From: Raillietiella orientalis
Lineage: Eukaryota
Direction of reading: 5' to 3'
DNA: 64,000 bases
Assembly: GCA_036172245.1 (NCBI GenBank)
Contig: JAYWIR010000005.1
Coordinates: forward strand, 1,984,001-2,048,000
Under the pieces are notes generated by a model that worked only from the letters and a program-made list of their open reading frames with translations, did no database searches and was not told the origin of the DNA. The number at the start of each line of letters is the position of its first letter. The first letter of the stretch is position 1. The translations under genes were made by a program, and so were the position numbers. This document shows positions 39,801 through 52,679 of the stretch, piece by piece.

Positions 39801-42347
39801 AGATAGAAGGCTACACACCTGGCACAATTCAGTAATAACAAAGTGGTATGGCTGTTAGAAAAAAGAGCCCGAAAAGCTTAAAAACAGTTGATTAGGATCC
39901 AAAATCGGCACCGGTGCAGCAAGAAGAAAGATAAAATTCTTTCGCAATGAATGGATGCGCTCTGCAAACTCTTACCTGAGGATTTCGCTGAGTTGATCTG
40001 CTCATCATGGATGCTGATGAACTTTTTATATCTCCATCCGCTTCTTTGTTGGACTTCACCGATGCTCCTTGATAGATAGCAATCTTTTGAAACTTTAGCA
40101 TGTTCTACTGCTCCAGGTCATAGAGACTCCACAGGTCATAGTGCGTATTGAAAGAGAAAGTTTGTTTGGACAGGGCAAAGCAGCTTGAGATTTCTTTGGA
40201 AGGAACGGATGCAGCTCGCCGGAGCTTCCGGGAGATCGTGTATCGTGCCGAATGGGAACGGCACGTTTGTTCGCAAATTAACACGGCACTCACCGTCAAG
40301 AGCCATTTGGTCGATTTTTCTGGAACGTCAGACACGGAGCGAGTCTCCTGGATCGACCTGAGAGATTTCTGAAAGGGAACGCAGTGATCCACCGGTGGCC
40401 GATTCCCTCGACATCTGCTCTGGAGAAAAGTGGGGAAAAAGACACGTTTCCTCAAAGCAGTGAGGGTGTTTTCCGGAAGAGTCACAGTTCCTGGATCGCA
40501 GTGCTCCCAAGATGCGATTGAAGCAATCCGTCAGAGCGATGATCCAGAACTCTATGACCAAATCCCCTATTCGGCCCCCCAATTAGCCATTCTGGATTTC
40601 GCTTCCGTTGCGGTCAGCTTCCCGAAAACAGGAGACCTGCGCGCTCACCGGCTGCCTGAACAAACGGAAAGCCGCACAGACTGTTCGTGTGTTCCCGCAA
40701 CTCTTTCAAGGCCGTCCGCGCGTTCCTGTTTGCTTTAAAACGCTTTCCCTATGATACAAATTGAAGAATTAGGAAGCGGAATGATCCGAGTTCCCAGATT
40801 AAGGTCGCTGTCATGTTTTGATAAAATGTGGATCGATGGAATTCTAATTCAATCTCCTGAGCCACTTTGAGGGAATCTTCCAAATTACCTTTCGTTAGAA
40901 GAATTATAGAAACTCCCCAGGGGCCTGCTGTCTGCCTCCAGATTCCATTTGCATGAGGCCTGCTGATCTATTTATTGAGTGCGACGAGCAACACTTTCTT
41001 CTTTGCAGGAAGAGCAGAACGAATGTGGTCCGCGAAGAGTCTGGAGTGCTGAGGACTTTTTCCAAACTTCCTGGAGCGCGCTCGGTAATCTTAGCGGGAA
41101 GCGACCAGGAGGTCGCAGGAGCAGGGAAGTGGGAATGCGTGGAATCCTTTCCGAAGGGTTTCAAGGTTCAGCGGGTGTCCAGGAAGACCTCGCCATCTGG
41201 ATGTCAACTCTGTAGCAATGAGGCGAACACGCCTCCTATCAAGCGCTCTTCACCGCACGGCGCATGTTCCCGCCGCATGCAGCACGCGTAGTTCGGTGTC
41301 TACCGGGAGAACCCGAGGCCCTCAACTAGGATGGTGTCGCTACCTATCATCACTGATGTCAGCTTACCCGGTACAATGAGAAGCAGGGATCGAAACCGAA
41401 CACGGCAAGTGCTTGGTGTTCTTCAATCAAGCGGACCCCGGATTGCGCAGACGAGTCTTCTGGACATGTTCATGCGCACCGGATAGGGATCGAGGGAGCA
41501 TTCGAGAACCTTCCGGACGAAATTCAAGAGATTCGTGTGCTGGCTTGGTGACCGCTCTCGATGACAGCTTTGAGGAAGCTGAAGGATAGCGCTCACCTGC
41601 AAGAGGCAAAGGACTTTCACCGCCGCACGGGCATCCGAGACCTTTGGGACCGCGGGGGAGCCAGTTATTGCCGAGCGGCAAATCAAGTGTTTTCCTCCCA
41701 GACGCCGTAACATTGAGGAAGCTCTCGCTCGTGGAGGAAACTGCTCGATAGATCGGGACAGCAACCTACACACTGGGATGCTGGACTCAAAATGAAGCCC
41801 ACTCCTGGAGTCATCAAGAGGAAGCGAATGATTTATGCTTGAAATTACGTACACGCTTTGGCTGTACATATACTGAAATTATGTCACTGCGAATCCAAGA
41901 TAATCTTTAAGATGCAAACAGCGCCTTTTCCTGTTCAGGTTTTTTGCTTGCACTTGTCCAAAGAAATCCAAAGGGGTCACTGCGCTAGAGAGGAGCTTTT
42001 CTGAAAGGGCTCGCCTGTTTCTGCGTTTCTTAGCTTCCCTAAGGAGTGCTGGTGGGCGCGGAAAGATGCGAAATTCTGAGAATACAGGCAGATGAGGCAA
42101 ACATCACACTTGGATGCAGCTTCCGTGCTATGCAACGCTGACATGCTCAGGATCTCTCGCAGCCTGATCCCGAAGCTAAGCTTCCTTTGCTGACCAAATG
42201 AGTCAGTTTTTTTTTTCCCAAGCTCCGATGCTGGGTACCACTTCCGGTACTTCCACTCTCAGTTTCCTCGCAACTCTCGCCAGCAGGTACTTCCTGTGGT
42301 TGCCAGTTCGCCCGCTACTACTCTCGCCGGCCGCCTTCTGTTCCATC

Positions 42348-42916
42348 TGTCCGCATCGGCGGCGCCAGTGTGGCGGCGGTCTTCTCTCGCACCCAGCGTC
42401 CTGGGTTCGAATCCCACCCAGGGAGGGATCCAGAAATGCAGAGCGCGTCGTGGGTTCGGAATCCTCGTCGAAGGATACCGATGACTGGTCAATGGACTCG
42501 AGGTGAGGCATTGGCGGAAGTCAGAAAACGCATGCCCTCATCAACTGGGCGAAATTGGAAATTCAATTAACAACCCAGGGTTCCCCTCTGGTTGCGACAT
42601 AGAGCCCTCCCCACCTCAGAAACGACCTTCCATCAAGTATCATGGAGACGGTGGATTAATATCTCTCCGGAGTGTCCAGAAGTGCTCTGCTACCCTTCGA
42701 GGAGCGCCCTTCAGAAAAATTGGGAAGCGTCCTTTCGAGGTTCTACCCAGAAGTGTACACAAGGGATGATGGTTTCCTTGCTGGTACCGTCCGTAAATTC
42801 CAGAAGCGGGTCTCTTCCGAGTTCCCTTCGGAGGAGAAACAATGGAGTACCCCCCTCCGGGAGGTCCCTCTGGAGAGAATGAGGAGTAGGTTCCCTTCGG
42901 GGTTTCCTTCAGAGAC
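42348..42916 (+). mobile_element. tRNA-SINE-like family S, copy 4, 5' part (interrupted by a LINE insertion)
   Basis: A-box-like TGGCGGCGGTC (42371-42381), consensus B-box GGTTCGAATCC (42404-42414); body is the reverse complement of the other copies. Confidence 0.85.
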
Positions 42917-43603
42917 ATCTAGTGCCAAAGAACAGCAGTGCCCTCCCCCGGAAGTGGCGGGAGGAAGGCGACACTTCTGCTGTTGCACTAGAGTCTTCCC
43001 TGCAACTCCCGCCGCGCCACTGAACTCTGGGAAGGGCGATCCTGAACTGTCTCAGGTGCGGGTAACGGGAATCCCCCCCCTCCTGCCCCTGCTTGTAGAC
43101 TGCGTCGCCTTCCGGCCCCGTGGTCCCTGATTGGCGTCCACAGGGTCGTTTTACCAAGCTCCTCTTTCTGCGGGATGCCCTGCAGCCAATCGCAGTCCTC
43201 TGCATCCGCGGGACTGCGGCAGCCTGGATCGAAGCCGACAGAGGAAGACATGGGAGGGACAACGTCCAGTTTGCAGTTCTCTTCCTGCGGATAGCGGCCA
43301 GATGGCCCCACCTATTCGGACAGACCTAGCTGGCATCCTGGGAATGATGCAGAGGACCCCCTAGTAGACAGTGACCCCTTCCCGACCCTCCCCCAAATCT
43401 TTATTTTTATTTACTTTTTCTTTTTTCTTTTTAATTTTGTTTTCTCCCCTCCTCCTCCACCTCCGAGGGGAGCCCCGCCGGCCCCTGTACCGGCAACCGG
43501 GCAGGTCCGTGGACAAACGGAATGTGGCCGGACCACGTGCCCCGCCACAATCTATGAGTTTCTTTTAAATTTTAATAAATACCCCGGAGTGTCCGGATGG
43601 AAA
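42917..43603 (+). mobile_element. L1/Tx1-clade family L 3' end (copy g) nested in SINE copy 4
   Basis: NCLRCG*RESPLLPLLVDC; FLRIAARWPHL; LAGILGMMQRTP*; AATAAA-TACC-CCGGA-GTG-TCCGG; flanked by TCAGAGAC and TCGGAGAC. Confidence 0.75.
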
Positions 43604-43725
43604 TCGGAGACTGTCAGGGTGGAGAGTTCCCTTAGGGTGTTCCCTCCCCAGAGTAAAAGGAACGAACCCCTTCCTCCAGAGTCCTCCTGGAGTGACTCCC
43701 TCTCGGGGTACCCCTTATCTTGACA
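43604..43725 (+). mobile_element. SINE family S copy 4, 3' continuation
   Basis: Resumes the family sequence (ggagac..cagggtgg...ccttatcttga) where the 5' part stopped. Confidence 0.6.
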
Positions 43726-46700
43726 CACATTCTTGGGTGGCCTGGAACAGCACCAATAAGCAAGCAGATAAGGCTTGATGACTGGTCGTCTTCCGTGCAG
43801 CCTCACGGCTACGCTGGCTACATTCTCAACGCTTTGGTGCCAGACTGCTTGTTTTGCTGACCCAAAGAACGAAGGAATCCTTGTGGAGCCATCTGCACTG
43901 CCTTTGAGAACTAAAGGCAAGTTTCCCTCTAGAACGGCCATCCCGCTTGCTGGTGACGGCAGCACCTGCAGCACGCTCTTGATCTTCGGTTGACGCGGAC
44001 GAATAGGCGATGCGCAATATGATCAGCGGCCTTTGCGCGCAAATCTTTTGATTCACACAGAATCCTCACTCTCGTTTCCTGCATTTTCCAAGTAACAGTC
44101 AATGGGGCTTGCCCGAGCGCGACGTGGAGATGACCACATTTGAATCTTCGCCCACGTTCCCTCTCCGTAAGTGACTCCCATGCACTTCTATGAACGGGTC
44201 TTCTGAGAGCTCCAATCATATCCACTTTCGTTGCAGTACAAATTGCATGTGTTGAGTTTGAAAAGCCTCAAGTGATCCACTGGGTATCCATGGCTATTTT
44301 TCAGGAAGGTCTCTTCAGATTGAATTTCTGATAAGAATGGCAATGCGCATCGCCCTTCCTTGGGAGTTCCAAGTAGCGAATTCTCGTTTCCAATTACTTC
44401 GTTTTGTCCCTCTGATAAGGTTCATTATTCCGGAGAGGGTAGGACATTTCCTCGCCTAGCGAGCGGTGCTTGTTTATGTACCCCAACTCTTCTCCGGAGC
44501 CGTTTATGCCTTTGCATCCTGTAAAAGACCTTTGAGCAATTAAACCGTGTTGCCTTTTGTGTGCTTCCACTGATGAACTCCCATTACGGTTTCGACTTTT
44601 TTTCATCGCCGCACCCTGCGCCACTGCGAGGCAGGAGCATCCGATTCCCGGAATCTGTAGTTTCCGGGAACTTCTCTCTTAGAGAAAGCAGCTGACTTAC
44701 GACGAAGGTCTGTCTTCGCTCCTAGAGGGGAGAAAATAAACAGGTCTGTTTCGGGTCAGCATCTCAAGTCTCAGCATGGATTCTGCTGCCGTTCCTGCAC
44801 ATTCTCCATTTTCTTTCCCTATTGCCAAAGGGCATAAACTACTGAGGATGGTCCCAAATAAAATCGAACCCTTTCGTTTCGTGATGGTCACAGGAAGCCG
44901 TTGCAGAAATTGCAAAGGAAACACACATCTGAGGTTCCGTAGAACCGCACACAGAAATGCGCACATGAGATCAAAACGGAATCTACGATGAAGGTGGCAA
45001 TGCTGATTCCTCAAGTGTGGGATGAATAGAAACATTCCTCTCGCTGCATAGGAGAATGGAATTGATCTGATAATGCTTAAAACTTTTCTGAACCACGGCG
45101 GGAAAAGCGCGTCCCATGTGCCACAACACTTGAAGACCGGTCTTCGACACTGTTCTTAAAGTGGGCGGACACCGCGACGCATGCTGACACACTGCATCCT
45201 CGGCAGGATCGGTGAAAAGTTGTGTGGCCGTCTGGAATTTGAAGCATTCGAGTCGGCCGAACCTCAGCAGCCCTCCAAAGTAAAACAACACGCCCTCCGT
45301 CGCAATGCAGTAGGTAAGGGGGTAAGGTAGCAGTAAGGTAGGAGGGTTTCTTGTCGCGGCTGTGGTCAGACCCGTGGGAAAATCGTCCTAGCGGGCGGAA
45401 CCTTCCATCGCGCAAGAGGATTGTGCTCGTCCTCATTCTTCTGGACCAGGCGGCTGCGAGCTGGGCGCCGACTTCCCGTCGAGGGTGGAGAGAGAAAAGT
45501 CAGAGACCAGCAAAGCTCCGTTCGGTGGCCTCGTGCCTCGTTTCCCACGCTTTGCAGGAAGACATTTTTGCCTTTTCCTTGAAAGGACCACTGCTTCCGG
45601 GATTAGCAAACGATACGCTCGATGCAATACCGTGTAGGGCATCGGAAGGAGAAAGGAGGGACATCTCACCTGCTTGTTGATTTACAGATCACCATGTGAA
45701 TCTTTACATGGTCTGTGGAGGCTTTCTTGCTGTCAGCGGAAATCTCGCCGGCTGCCACATCCTGCCTGATGCCGAGTTGAGCGCTCCCCACAGAATCCTC
45801 ACGTGCAGCAAGACGCACATCCGGCTTTACCGTGATGTGCCTCGCATGCAGCTCGGTGAAGTTGCTTTTACTCCCGAGATGCTATCGACGCTTCCATGAT
45901 GGAGAGGCTGGAGGGACTGGATTTTTGGCAACTGTCTGGGGATTTTCGTTTTCGTCATTGGCTGCACCCCTATTTTCAGGACGATTTTCTTTATGCGATC
46001 TTCGCTGTTTTAAAGTGATCATGAGCTTATGGTCGTTTGGGGTCCGTAAGAATGATGATCTTCCTTGCAGGATCACAGGACCAGCTCTAGTGGCTAAATC
46101 AGCCATTCCAATCTGAAGGATGCACCCCATTCCTTCTAATAACACTTTCCCTTTGAGGATTAACCACAGCATATCTTAAGCCATTTGAGTTTCACTAATT
46201 CACTTCCACCGCGCTCTTGGATGTTGGTTTCCCTCCCTGAAATTGGGGTAATTCCGAGGATATGTGCAGTCGCTCCACAGGCATCGATTCTTTCTAAGTG
46301 TTTGCATTCTTGCCGACCCAGTGTTCTGGTTCCGTCTCCGAAACGTCGCCCTACACTTGACTGGTTCCCATCCGAAAACCGAAGGTTCCAGAACTCCAGG
46401 TAGCGAAACGGAGGCTGCCAGCAAGCACTTCGACCAGGGGCAACAAGGCAGAGGCTGTGAAGATGGATCGATGAGGAGATGCTCCCAGCTGAACCAACCA
46501 TCCACCAAATGTTAGCATCAGTCGTGTCATCAGTCAGTCGTGTCGGCATTCAAGTGAGAGTTTTATGGGTGGGTTGCCTACCTCAATACTCCTGCATGTG
46601 CGTAGGTGCATGTTATACACTTACAGACACACACGCGCATATATTTATAATGGAATTCCTGGCTTCCTGTTTCGTTGCTTTCCTTCCAGCTTTTCGTTTT

Positions 46701-46744
46701 CTTTGATTCGCTGAGTACTCAAAGAATCGTTCGCCTCCATCAAG

Positions 46745-46803
46745 AAGCTCTTTAACAAACACTAACACTGTACACGACACGCGAGGGTGCGTAGCTCTTC
46801 AGA
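46745..46803 (-). mobile_element. SINE family S tail-only fragment
   Basis: gctctttaac...cacgacacgcgagggtgcgtagctcttcag. Confidence 0.6.
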
Positions 46804-46868
46804 AGTTGGCTTTAACACCCGGTAACGCCGGGTCGTTTATTATAAAAAATAGTAAACATATGTCTATA

Positions 46869-47585
46869 GATGATGGAAATCCTTTTGGGTTCTTTTGGGT
46901 CTGTCTTCGCTGTTTATTCCCTTCCAGCCTTTTTTTCAGGTTTTTTTTTTTTTTGGTACGCTAAGTACCTGAAGAGCCAATCGCGTGCCTCGTGGCCCAC
47001 GTGACTCTTTAACACGGTTCCACGCCACCCGCGGAGGGTGCGTGTTATTCTTCAAGATAAGGTAGGCATCAGGAAGAAGGGGGTCCCTGCCCTATGAATC
47101 CAGAAAGCCTCGGAGTGCGCTCCCCTCACGTTTAGCGAGAAGGGACCGCACCTCCCACCCTGGTTGTCTCCGAAGGGGAACCCATAAGGGAACTCCTTCC
47201 TCATTCTTTCCGGAAGGAGCACCCCGAAAGGGGGATGGTCCTCTCCGGGGATGGATTTCATCTACTCCGGAGGGACCCCGCAAAGGAGCCGCTCCTATTC
47301 ACTCCTCTGAAGAGAACCACGAAGGACGCTTCCGAAATTCAGAAGGGGCGCTGCAGCTTCCCGCAGGGGGATTCCTTGCACTCTTCTGGAGTTCTGGCCT
47401 TCTTTATGGGCCTCCCCCGGCTTAAACCACCACCGATGCTTCGCCCGAATGTCTCGGCCAACCAGCGCCAATGCAGGAGAAACTCGGAACCCAACGACGT
47501 AGTGGCGTCAGTTTCTGCCGCAGTATTCAAACCCGGACGCATGGTGCCACACGCGAAAGCCTTAACCACAAAGCCTCCGACACAG
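46869..47585 (-). mobile_element. tRNA-SINE-like family S, copy 5 (near full length)
   Basis: Terminus GGATTTCCATCATC at 46869, tail hairpin 47010-47047, unit array, head with GGGTTTGAATAC. Confidence 0.85.
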
Positions 47586-47589
47586 GCTT

Positions 47590-48006
47590 CTCTTGGTGAG
47601 CTCTCCCGGAGGGAGAGGCATTTCTTGACACTCTGCAAAGGCAGCCTTCGAAGGTGGGGATCAACCAACTCTTTGGTACGCGATGGAGAGTCGTCCCCTG
47701 AGGGAGAATTGGCTCCATTTTCACAACCGAAAGGGACCTGCACTTTTCGATTCCTGGAAGGATCCCGGAGGGTCGAAATTACAGTCCTGGAGGCCAGCCA
47801 ACGGGGGCATCCGGGGTTTTCTGGCTTCTACGGTGCTTCACACGAATCCTCTAAGGCCAACCAGCGTCATGAGGCGGAGGGGACTCAAGACCCACGGCGC
47901 ACCCATTTCTCGACGTCGATCCCTCCCCGGATGGGTTTGGAACCCTCGATGCTCGGTCCGGCCCCTCGGACACTGAGTAGTCACACGGCCGCCAATGCAG
48001 GCAGGC
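47590..48006 (-). mobile_element. tRNA-SINE-like family S, copy 6 (5' half), in tandem with copy 5
   Basis: Head ctgcattggcggccgtgtg...gagggttccaaaccc is homologous to the copy 4 head; body matches copies 1-3. Confidence 0.8.
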
Positions 48007-48124
48007 GTTCACAACACCCAGGGTTACGGGGCGGTCTCCCATCCCAGTACTAACTGGTCCCGACACTGCTTAAATTTGCCGATCGAACGACAAGAGGTGC
48101 TTTCAGCGTGGTATAGCCGCGAAC
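48007..48124 (-). rRNA. Full-length divergent 5S rRNA-like sequence (pseudogene or SINE3-type head)
   Basis: 118 nt: GTTCGCGGCTATACCACGCTGAAAGCACC...CGATC...TTAAGCAGTGTCGGGACCAGTTAGTACTGGGATGGGAGACCGCC...GTTGTGAAC. Helix I can pair, box A/IE/box C are recognisable, and no oligo-T terminator follows. Confidence 0.88.
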
Positions 48125-50549
48125 ACACACTAATGTTGTGAATGTGTGCGTGAGTACATACGTGCGTGCAGATAGATGCATGTATATATGTCTACATACC
48201 CATATGTATCTGCGGATATCTGTGTGTAGATATTCCTACGAGTATCACTGAGTGACAATGCATGATGGGTATTCCAGTGTTACTACACACTACCACAGAA
48301 AGCATATATTATATTCAGATCCGTGTTCGTAACTCTCGAATTTATCACTAAATGGGTCTTTGAAAGGACTGCATGGACGTTGAAACTCGGGTCTCTGTGA
48401 GAGCAGTAATGGGCACGAAAATAGAAATGGCTTTTAATAATCCTGGAACCTCAGCCCTACATCTTCCCATCCAAGAACACGGAATCTCTATTCGACGAAG
48501 AAGATGAAGTGCCAAGTTTCCACGTGGAGGGCCACTTTTCAGTGCACATCAAAAAAAAATAGGAATAGACTGCAGCATCAGACAGAACCGCATTGCGTTT
48601 TTTGTTTTTTTTTGCAATTTATGGAAAGCCCTTAATCATAAATAATGACTGGCTTTTTCTGGAACAGAGCGTATGAATCTCAGGAACGTCAATCTTTGTA
48701 TGATCGCCGCTTATAGATGCAAGAACGTCGCTGCGTCCACTCAGCAGCCGTTCCGCTGAGCGGCTGGCCCTTGGCGATGAACACGAGGAGATGCATTCAG
48801 AATTTCGCGCTCGGATTCCACACGCATGATGTACAATACGAGATCAAGCATCAGAGATCAGGATGGAATTTCAAGAACTCTCGTTCTTCTAAGTTCTCCC
48901 TAGGAGATGAAACCATGCTTCTATGTGGCGAGTGCAAAGATGGAAACCAATGTTATTGGAATTGTAGACTCGGTGAGTCCCCCTCTGTTAAAGGTACGGA
49001 ACTTGAGTTGCCGGAATTATTGCTCGGCAAATTCGATCGGATTCCCGAGCTGCAGGAAAGCATGGTTTCCGGTCGTTTTACAAACATTGCCTAAGCAATC
49101 CCTATGAAAGATTAAGTAATTTTCCTTTTTTTTGTTTTCATTTTGGCAGAATGAATTTGGGGTCCCCCTTGTGAAGTAGAGCATCCTGTTTTTTACGTCG
49201 ATTGTCAGCAAGAGATGTATCCTGATAGATACTCGCGTTTTCACGGAATATATTCAAGTGTTAATTAAAAATTAAGCGAATCCGTCTGTTGGCAAAAGTC
49301 TGGAAATGGAAGAGGACGAGTCCCCCGAACCTGGAGATTTGTAGGTGTCATTTGCCGAAGTAAAACCAGATGTGTCTTGCAGGCAAGTTTCTTGGAACGG
49401 TGTTCGTGAGAGCGCAGGCCTTGGCAGGAAGTGGATAATAAATCATTCCCGGACGATGGGAGAGGAAGAAAGGGGGGAGAGAAGTGTACTCAATGAAATC
49501 AGGAGTGATTCACATCAACTGGACGAGGGCTTTTTCAGCCTCCTTCATTAATAACAAATTTTACCAGATGTAAAGTTTGCTGTCGTTGATGCCAAAATTT
49601 ACGAGGGTCAATGATAAGAATCGACTTGTTCTCTTTTTTTTAAAAAAAAAAACAAAAAAACTCAGGATTAATGAATAGTAGCCTTCTGTTGTTTGCTGTT
49701 GGGAAAACGTCAAGAAAGCATTTGGGATGAAAATCATCACCCAGAAGTGTTCCAGAAATGCTGGATCCAGTGGTGGTGTCAGACCTGGATAAACCTTCAC
49801 TTCTGATACTACTGAGAAACCCCAAGACTTTGGGCTCCACTCTCTCTGATCTATAAGAAATCACTTTGCATCTTCACACTGATCCAGAAGGAATCCATGA
49901 AGCCTCCAGAAACTCGCAGATTGTTCAAGAGAAAGCAAGAGCGAGCTCCACATAAGCATAGCATCTTTCATTTGGTTGCAGATGATTCCAGACCACGGAT
50001 TATTCCTTCATGTGTATTATATAAGGTCTTATGATGTTTCTTGAGGCATCGGATTGAGGCGGCAGGTTGCATTTTTGTGTGTGTGCAACCCTTTGTCACT
50101 ATCCTGTGTCCTTGATTAAGGAAAACAGTTGACTTTCGTGTTCCTCATGCTTCATCGATCATTCAATGGCACCGTCAAGCCCGAGTGAATTTCCCATCTT
50201 ATTCCTGCACAGCGTTCCTTTTGACCAATGACTGGAGTCTCCTGATGGGAACCGGTGATCAGTTCCCACGGCGACGTATCTTCGTTAGGGATTTCCTGAC
50301 ACCAGCATCAAAGGTCTCACTTCTGCTTTCGGGGAACTTTCTCTTTCATGATTGGTGAGTTCATCTTGTCGTTTCGCGCTGTCTTCTGCCATAAGGTGAC
50401 GTCATTTTAAGGTCAGGAGATCCACAGATTTAGCTGGACTGCCAAAAAGTTCGGCTATTGGTCTGTTCTACTTGGTAACGCATCTCGCGAAGTTTCCGTC
50501 AACCAAGGTCAAGGTGGTGAGTCTTCCATCGTCCACATCAAAAGCAAAA

Positions 50550-51300
50550 GACCTCGGATTGTATTTTCCGGTTCAACAGCGAAATCAAGAAATGAGTGAA
50601 CCTAGAAGGCACTGCCAGTATTCGGCTCCGCCGTTGTCCTGCCGACACTGCCTCCGGTAATCTTCACGCCGCTACCTTTCCGCCAACGCTCGCACGTATG
50701 CAGCCGACGTGCGTCTCCGAGATATTAAGGCTGTTGTCGCGGTCGCGTTCCTGCTTGCTCCTTTGCAGCGAGCTGCCCTTGAGCAGAATTTCTGACTCTC
50801 ATCCTTCCGAGAACCAGCAAACTCCTTCTCGACTTCCTCCAGAAGCTCTCGGAAGCCGAGAGGCTGTGCGATGGTGCCCATATCCTCCGTCCGAAGCCTG
50901 CAGTGGAGTCTCGCGAACTCGTCACCTTCTGCAACTGGCCATCCTTTCCGGGGTGCTGTTTGCCTGCTATCACAGCTTTTCCCACACGCTTCCAGGGCAA
51001 GACACCTTCCTGACCTGCTTCCTCATGTATCTTTGCTCCTGTTCAGGCTCTGCTGTTTCAAACATTCATGTCGTCATTGGCTCCTCCTTGACAGCAACAT
51101 TAAAAGGGAAAGTTCGTGTGGGTTCCTAGATTGTGCCGAGCAACAGTAACCAGCTTGTTGTCAAGGGTTCATTTCCTATTGAGAACAACCCTCTTCTCAT
51201 CTAAAGATTGGATTACATTCAATGCTCTTTCCTTGGCTCTTCTATCTACCGGTGCGATGTTCTCAAGACAATCTCTTTCCATTGACTTTCCACGGAGGCT
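50550..51300 (-). mobile_element. Degenerate L1-like RT region
   Basis: In order on the minus strand: KERALNV (EKAFD-like), LLGTI*EP, ANDDMNV (YADD-like), FWRKSRRSLLVLGRMRVRNS (W..R.LS..GR-like). Confidence 0.5.
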
Positions 51301-52679
51301 CGAATCGAGTCACGGAAAAGGCAATCAATGATGCAGAACATCGAGAGCTCGTTCGTAGCAATTCATAGGAAGGAAGAGCAGCCTTGTGCAGATAGGAGGG
51401 GGCGATCGTAAAAAGTGGGTAAAGTCGAAGGTACGCTGAGAATCACAAGGGAAGGGAACGGCGGATGATGATACTGAACTCAGCTGGAAGGACAAGCAAG
51501 TACCCGTATCCACTTCCAAGACCCAATTTATTCCAAGGAGCAAGGAGTCCCACAAGAAGGAAGGATTTGAAGAGCACTCTACCTAATTAAGGAAACTGCT
51601 CTCCTGGATTCAGTTCCCATCCTGCGGAAGACAGCACAGTGGCTGCAGAATAGGTGACCCCTTGAATTCCTGGACATCAGAAGAGCTGTACCAGGAGGAT
51701 CTCATCACGAAATGCTAACCTTTGGATTCCTGAACGAAATCCCTGGATGTGTTTTCTTTAAGAACTAGCAAACCGTCCAGAGCGCTGTGCTGGAGCTGCG
51801 AATCAGCAGTCCAAATTCGCTTGCGAGCAACACTCCAAATCAGAGACCAAGAGGTGGAGAGCATTGCATGAAGAACGGTTAGGAAACCAACTGCAGGTTT
51901 GAAGTCGTCGCTGTGCGACTAGGGCTCGCAGTCTCTTTCTCCATGGAGCCTCCTATATTCTTTCCATGCACAGTCAGGCAGGAGGGTAGCATGGAACAGA
52001 TACTTTATTCCCAAACCTCGAAGAGTGGTCATCGGGAAAGGTAACTAAATACACCGAGAGCCTTGATGATCTCATCATGGGAAAAGACAGAAACCAAACT
52101 CCGCCTCTTCTCCTGACCAAGGCTGGAATAAGATAAGACATTCACTGATGCAGACAGTCCAGTTTCACGAGAAAACGGTCGTTATGGAACCGGCTGTTCC
52201 TCAGCGCAATCCCTATGGTCAGGATGCAGCTGGCCCTCTTCTCACGAAACTCAAGACGAGGAGGAAGGTGAACACGAAGGGGAGACGAGCCACGGACAGT
52301 CTTCTAGCAACGCTCCACCGTGGGGACGGTCTCCATCGGAAGACGTGGGGAATGTTCCATACCACCCTCAGGTGCAGAAGACACCAGTGGCAGCACGGCC
52401 GCGGAAAAATGCCGTTAAAGGACTGTGGGGGGATGAAAAGAACACTTGGCTTGACCTTTAGAAACGATGCCTATGTCAGAGATCCTTCTTCGACAAGATG
52501 GCAACAAGTTCGCTTAAATTTGCTTTAGAAAATTCTGCTTGATGCAATGCTTTAAGCATTCTTATTTCGTGTCTTCAAGGGTCCCATGCTGAGAGCATTT
52601 CCACACAATTATTATTGGATTTTGAAAGCCACTCTCTCAAAAATGCCTCGACTCTCTTCTAAGACTTTTTATCTTTTTA

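Noticed and set aside
43750..46500. Probable further decayed LINE ORF2 (similar hints near 17.4-17.9k, 24.0-24.3k, 35.1-36.6k, 40.1-41.3k, 51.6-52.3k)
   Set aside because: Only isolated weak motif resemblances; boundaries and identity cannot be supported by eye.
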